17,460 bases of DNA from an uncultured archaeon (GTDB lineage: Archaea; Thermoplasmatota; Penumbrarchaeia; CAZUZU01), in assembly GCA_964624865.1 (NCBI GenBank), contig CAZUZU010000051.1, forward strand, positions 1-17,460. Direction: 5' to 3'. A model generated the notes under the pieces. That model saw nothing but the letters and a program-made list of their open reading frames with translations, was not told where the DNA came from and made no database searches. The translations under genes and the position numbers were made by a program. Each line of letters opens with the position of its first letter. Within the stretch, counting starts at the first letter, position 1. Below are positions 15,838 through 17,460 of the stretch, one piece after another.

Positions 15838-15992
15838 AACATGTCTAATTATATTTTCTATTTGTTTTTGGCAGTATTCCCCCCGTCCCGGGATATTATC
15901 CTGATATGTTCAAAGTATTCTTAGTTATCCTCTATTTTCGTAGTGTTGAATAAATAGGTCTCATATTCAAAATATATATCCTTTCCCGTCCC

Positions 15993-16448
15993 TCACTTGG
16001 ACAGTTTCTTGAGAAATCGCGCCAGCAGGCTGTTTCGGCCGTTCACCCGGTCCTCCCACCGCTCCTCCTCCTTGGCCAGTTCGTCACCCTCGAAACCGCT
16101 CTCGGAGATCTGCCTGAGCGCCGCCAGCTCCCCCATGTCCAGCCACACCCCGCCGCATTCCAGGCACACGTCAACCTCGGTGTCATCGGCGTATTCCAGG
16201 TCCATGAGGCCCCCGCATCTCGGGCACAACAGTTTGCTCTCGCTCTTGGTCCCGATCTCCGTGGTAAGGTAATCCGCCAGCTTTCGGTCACCGAGAATCT
16301 TCTTCAGCTCACCGCCGTCCAGCCACACCCCGCCGCATTCGGGGCAAACGTCTATGAATATGTTGGGCTTCCTCACCCTCTCCTTCTTCATGGCCGCCCA
16401 GCATCTCGGACAGTCCAGGACCGGTTCTTCATTGCTCATGGTCCTCAA
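15993..16448 (-). CDS. Tandem double zinc-ribbon protein, zf-TFIIB/PF13453-like (151 aa)
   Basis: Two copies of C-P-x-C ... C-x-E-C-G-G-V-W-L-D-x-G-E-L: 'CPRCWAAM...CPECGGVWLDGGELKKIL' and 'CPRCGGLM...CLECGGVWLDMGELAALRQI'. The module is 60 aa and the repeat period is 180 nt. Confidence 0.75.
   Translation of the reverse strand: MRTMSNEEPVLDCPRCWAAMKKERVRKPNIFIDVCPECGGVWLDGGELKKILGDRKLADYLTTEIGTKSESKLLCPRCGGLMDLEYADDTEVDVCLECGGVWLDMGELAALRQISESGFEGDELAKEEERWEDRVNGRNSLLARFLKKLSK
16135..16158 (-). repeat. 24-nt perfect direct repeat, copy 1, inside the zinc-ribbon gene (encodes ECGGVWLD)
   Basis: 'gtccagccacaccccgccgcattc' is identical to the copy at 16315-16340, 180 nt apart. Confidence 0.9.
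16315..16340 (-). repeat. 24-nt perfect direct repeat, copy 2, inside the zinc-ribbon gene
   Basis: Identical to 16135-16158. The exact length boundary is +/-2 nt. Confidence 0.9.
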
Positions 16449-16570
16449 TAAACATCTCTTGATAAATAAGGGTTTTCTAAAAGCCGGGCTTGTCTCTGGC
16501 CACTACACCTCCCGTCAACCAACATTTATTTATAGGCAAATGATTATCATACTATATAGGGAGAAGGGCT

Positions 16571-17460
16571 ATGAAGAGATATGACATGACTTGGTTCGTT
16601 CTTGTCGCTGTATCCCTGTCGGTGTTAATCATATCTCCTACCTCCTTTGCCCGGGGACAGGACGGCTCCGCCGAGACCCAAGCGGAAACGGAAAGGAACG
16701 ACTACGGCATATATGCCCGGCTCAAGGGGATATCCGAGAAGGAGAAGAGCAAGCTGGACGATCCCCAGATGCTCGAGGAGAGCCAGGGTACGCTGGACCA
16801 GTACGAGTTCGTGGACCGCGAGCTCACCCCATACACAGATCGCACCAAGATGACCCTGGATAAGATGGAGGAGCCTGCCGAGATATACGAGAAGAACATA
16901 TACGACATCATCAATGAAAGGGCGCCCTTTGCTGAGGACAACGATATTCTCGACCTCCTGTTCGACTTCAATACCGGTATAACGGGCATAATTCCCCGCC
17001 CCAACCTGTCTAATTACTGGATATACACCAATTTCTCAGGTCACGAGGAATGGACCAAGGGCACCCTCCGCCAAAGGCTGGAGCTGCACATGGAGGACAA
17101 CAGGCTCAAGGTGATAAAAAGCACCTGGGCCGAGATTGATGTGGACGGGGACCCGGCCACCGGAGATGCGGACGGTGACGATATCCAGGTAAGACTGACC
17201 CCCGATCTCAGCGGCCCCACCCTGGCCGAGCTGATAGCCAAGGCCCTGGCGGGAGGGGGTATTTCACTTAATCTTACCGGAGGCTTTGCCTTGCAGGCGG
17301 AGGCACTCAGCGACGGCGAGCTGCCCTGGGAGGAGCTGCAATTATACGTGTTAAAGCCCATAACATACGAGGGGAAGAACACGATTGCGGCTGTTGGCTT
17401 CAATTTTCCAAGGGTTCCCTCCGGTTTCGAGGCAAAGGTGATAGCCAGTAAGATCCTTCT
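16571..17460 (+). CDS. Predicted secreted protein with an N-terminal signal peptide; the 3' end is truncated by the window edge (at least 296 aa)
   Basis: This ORF is not in the supplied track because it has no stop inside the window. It has an ATG at 16571 and an alternative at 16586. I read the frame codon by codon to 17458 without a stop. It translates as 'MKRYDMTWFVLVAVSLSVLIISPTSFARGQDGSAETQ...'. Codon usage and GC3 match neighbouring genes. A TATA-like 'catttatttatagg' and 'gggagaaggg' lie upstream. The minus-strand ORFs over the same span are Ser-rich shadow frames. Confidence 0.6.
   Translation, partial: MKRYDMTWFVLVAVSLSVLIISPTSFARGQDGSAETQAETERNDYGIYARLKGISEKEKSKLDDPQMLEESQGTLDQYEFVDRELTPYTDRTKMTLDKMEEPAEIYEKNIYDIINERAPFAEDNDILDLLFDFNTGITGIIPRPNLSNYWIYTNFSGHEEWTKGTLRQRLELHMEDNRLKVIKSTWAEIDVDGDPATGDADGDDIQVRLTPDLSGPTLAELIAKALAGGGISLNLTGGFALQAEALSDGELPWEELQLYVLKPITYEGKNTIAAVGFNFPRVPSGFEAKVIASKIL

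Noticed and set aside
12026-15904. Alternative-frame ORFs within the surface-protein, basic-protein and CPBP genes, for example 12026..12481(+), 12396..12584(-), 12520..12895(+), 13561..14193(+), 14282..15027(+), 14720..15136(-), 15146..15751(-) and 15157..15904(+)
   Set aside because: These overlap longer ORFs that have clear TM/CPBP motifs or signal-anchor architecture. They are Arg/Pro/Gly-rich or nonsensically hydrophobic. The many long shadow ORFs here reflect high local GC.
16043-17403. ORFs 15997..16272(+), 16043..16291(-), 16354..16584(+), 16591..16863(+, TTG start), 16647..16853(+, TTG start), 16702..17004(-) and 17041..17403(-)
   Set aside because: The first two are shadows of the zinc-ribbon gene. 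The rest overlap the open-ended signal-peptide ORF starting at 16571. They are Ser/Arg/Pro-rich with non-ATG starts.
1-17460. Search for CRISPR arrays, tRNA/rRNA genes, and IS/transposase or integrase genes
   Set aside because: I found no regularly spaced direct repeats with unique spacers, no tRNA-like T-loop or acceptor structures in the intergenic regions, no rRNA-like sequence, and no transposase or integrase-like ORF. The only repeats are the intragenic coding repeats and short promoter palindromes listed above.

Overview
The window looks like an archaeal chromosomal segment, with about 18 protein-coding genes on both strands and no rRNA, tRNA or CRISPR array that I could find. The archaeal reading rests on four things: the mevalonate-pathway trio of HMG-CoA synthase, SCP2-type thiolase and a DUF35 zinc-ribbon protein; TATA-like AT-rich boxes about 22-30 nt upstream of first-gene start codons; a DUF123 GIY-YIG protein; and an Arch_ATPase/DUF234 protein. 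Housekeeping genes that are easy to recognise are a NUDIX hydrolase, an XRE-type HTH regulator immediately ahead of the mevalonate genes, hisC and glmS. The most system-like region is a tightly coupled three-gene operon with ATGA start/stop overlaps at both junctions. It encodes a small 4-TM membrane protein, a 178-aa helical/coiled-coil protein, and a COG4260-type SPFH-like protein carrying a Gly/Met-rich linker and three C-terminal zinc ribbons. This recalls the bacterial PspA-associated SPFH module (B. subtilis YdjGHI-like) and may be an archaeal membrane-stress or remodeling module. Other things worth a second look: the thiolase has Asp where the nucleophilic Cys of the conserved C-A-S-G motif should be; the AAA+ ATPase gene with a PD-(D/E)xK-like C-terminus is distinctly AT-rich; a tandemly duplicated zinc-ribbon protein retains a 24-nt perfect internal nucleotide repeat; a CPBP intramembrane protease sits in a cluster with a basic protein and a surface protein bearing a C-terminal anchor; and a signal-peptide ORF runs off the 3' end of the window and is missing from the ORF track. 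Coordinates for CDS come from the supplied ORF track or from codon arithmetic. Coordinates for small motifs were counted by hand and may be off by 1-2 nt.
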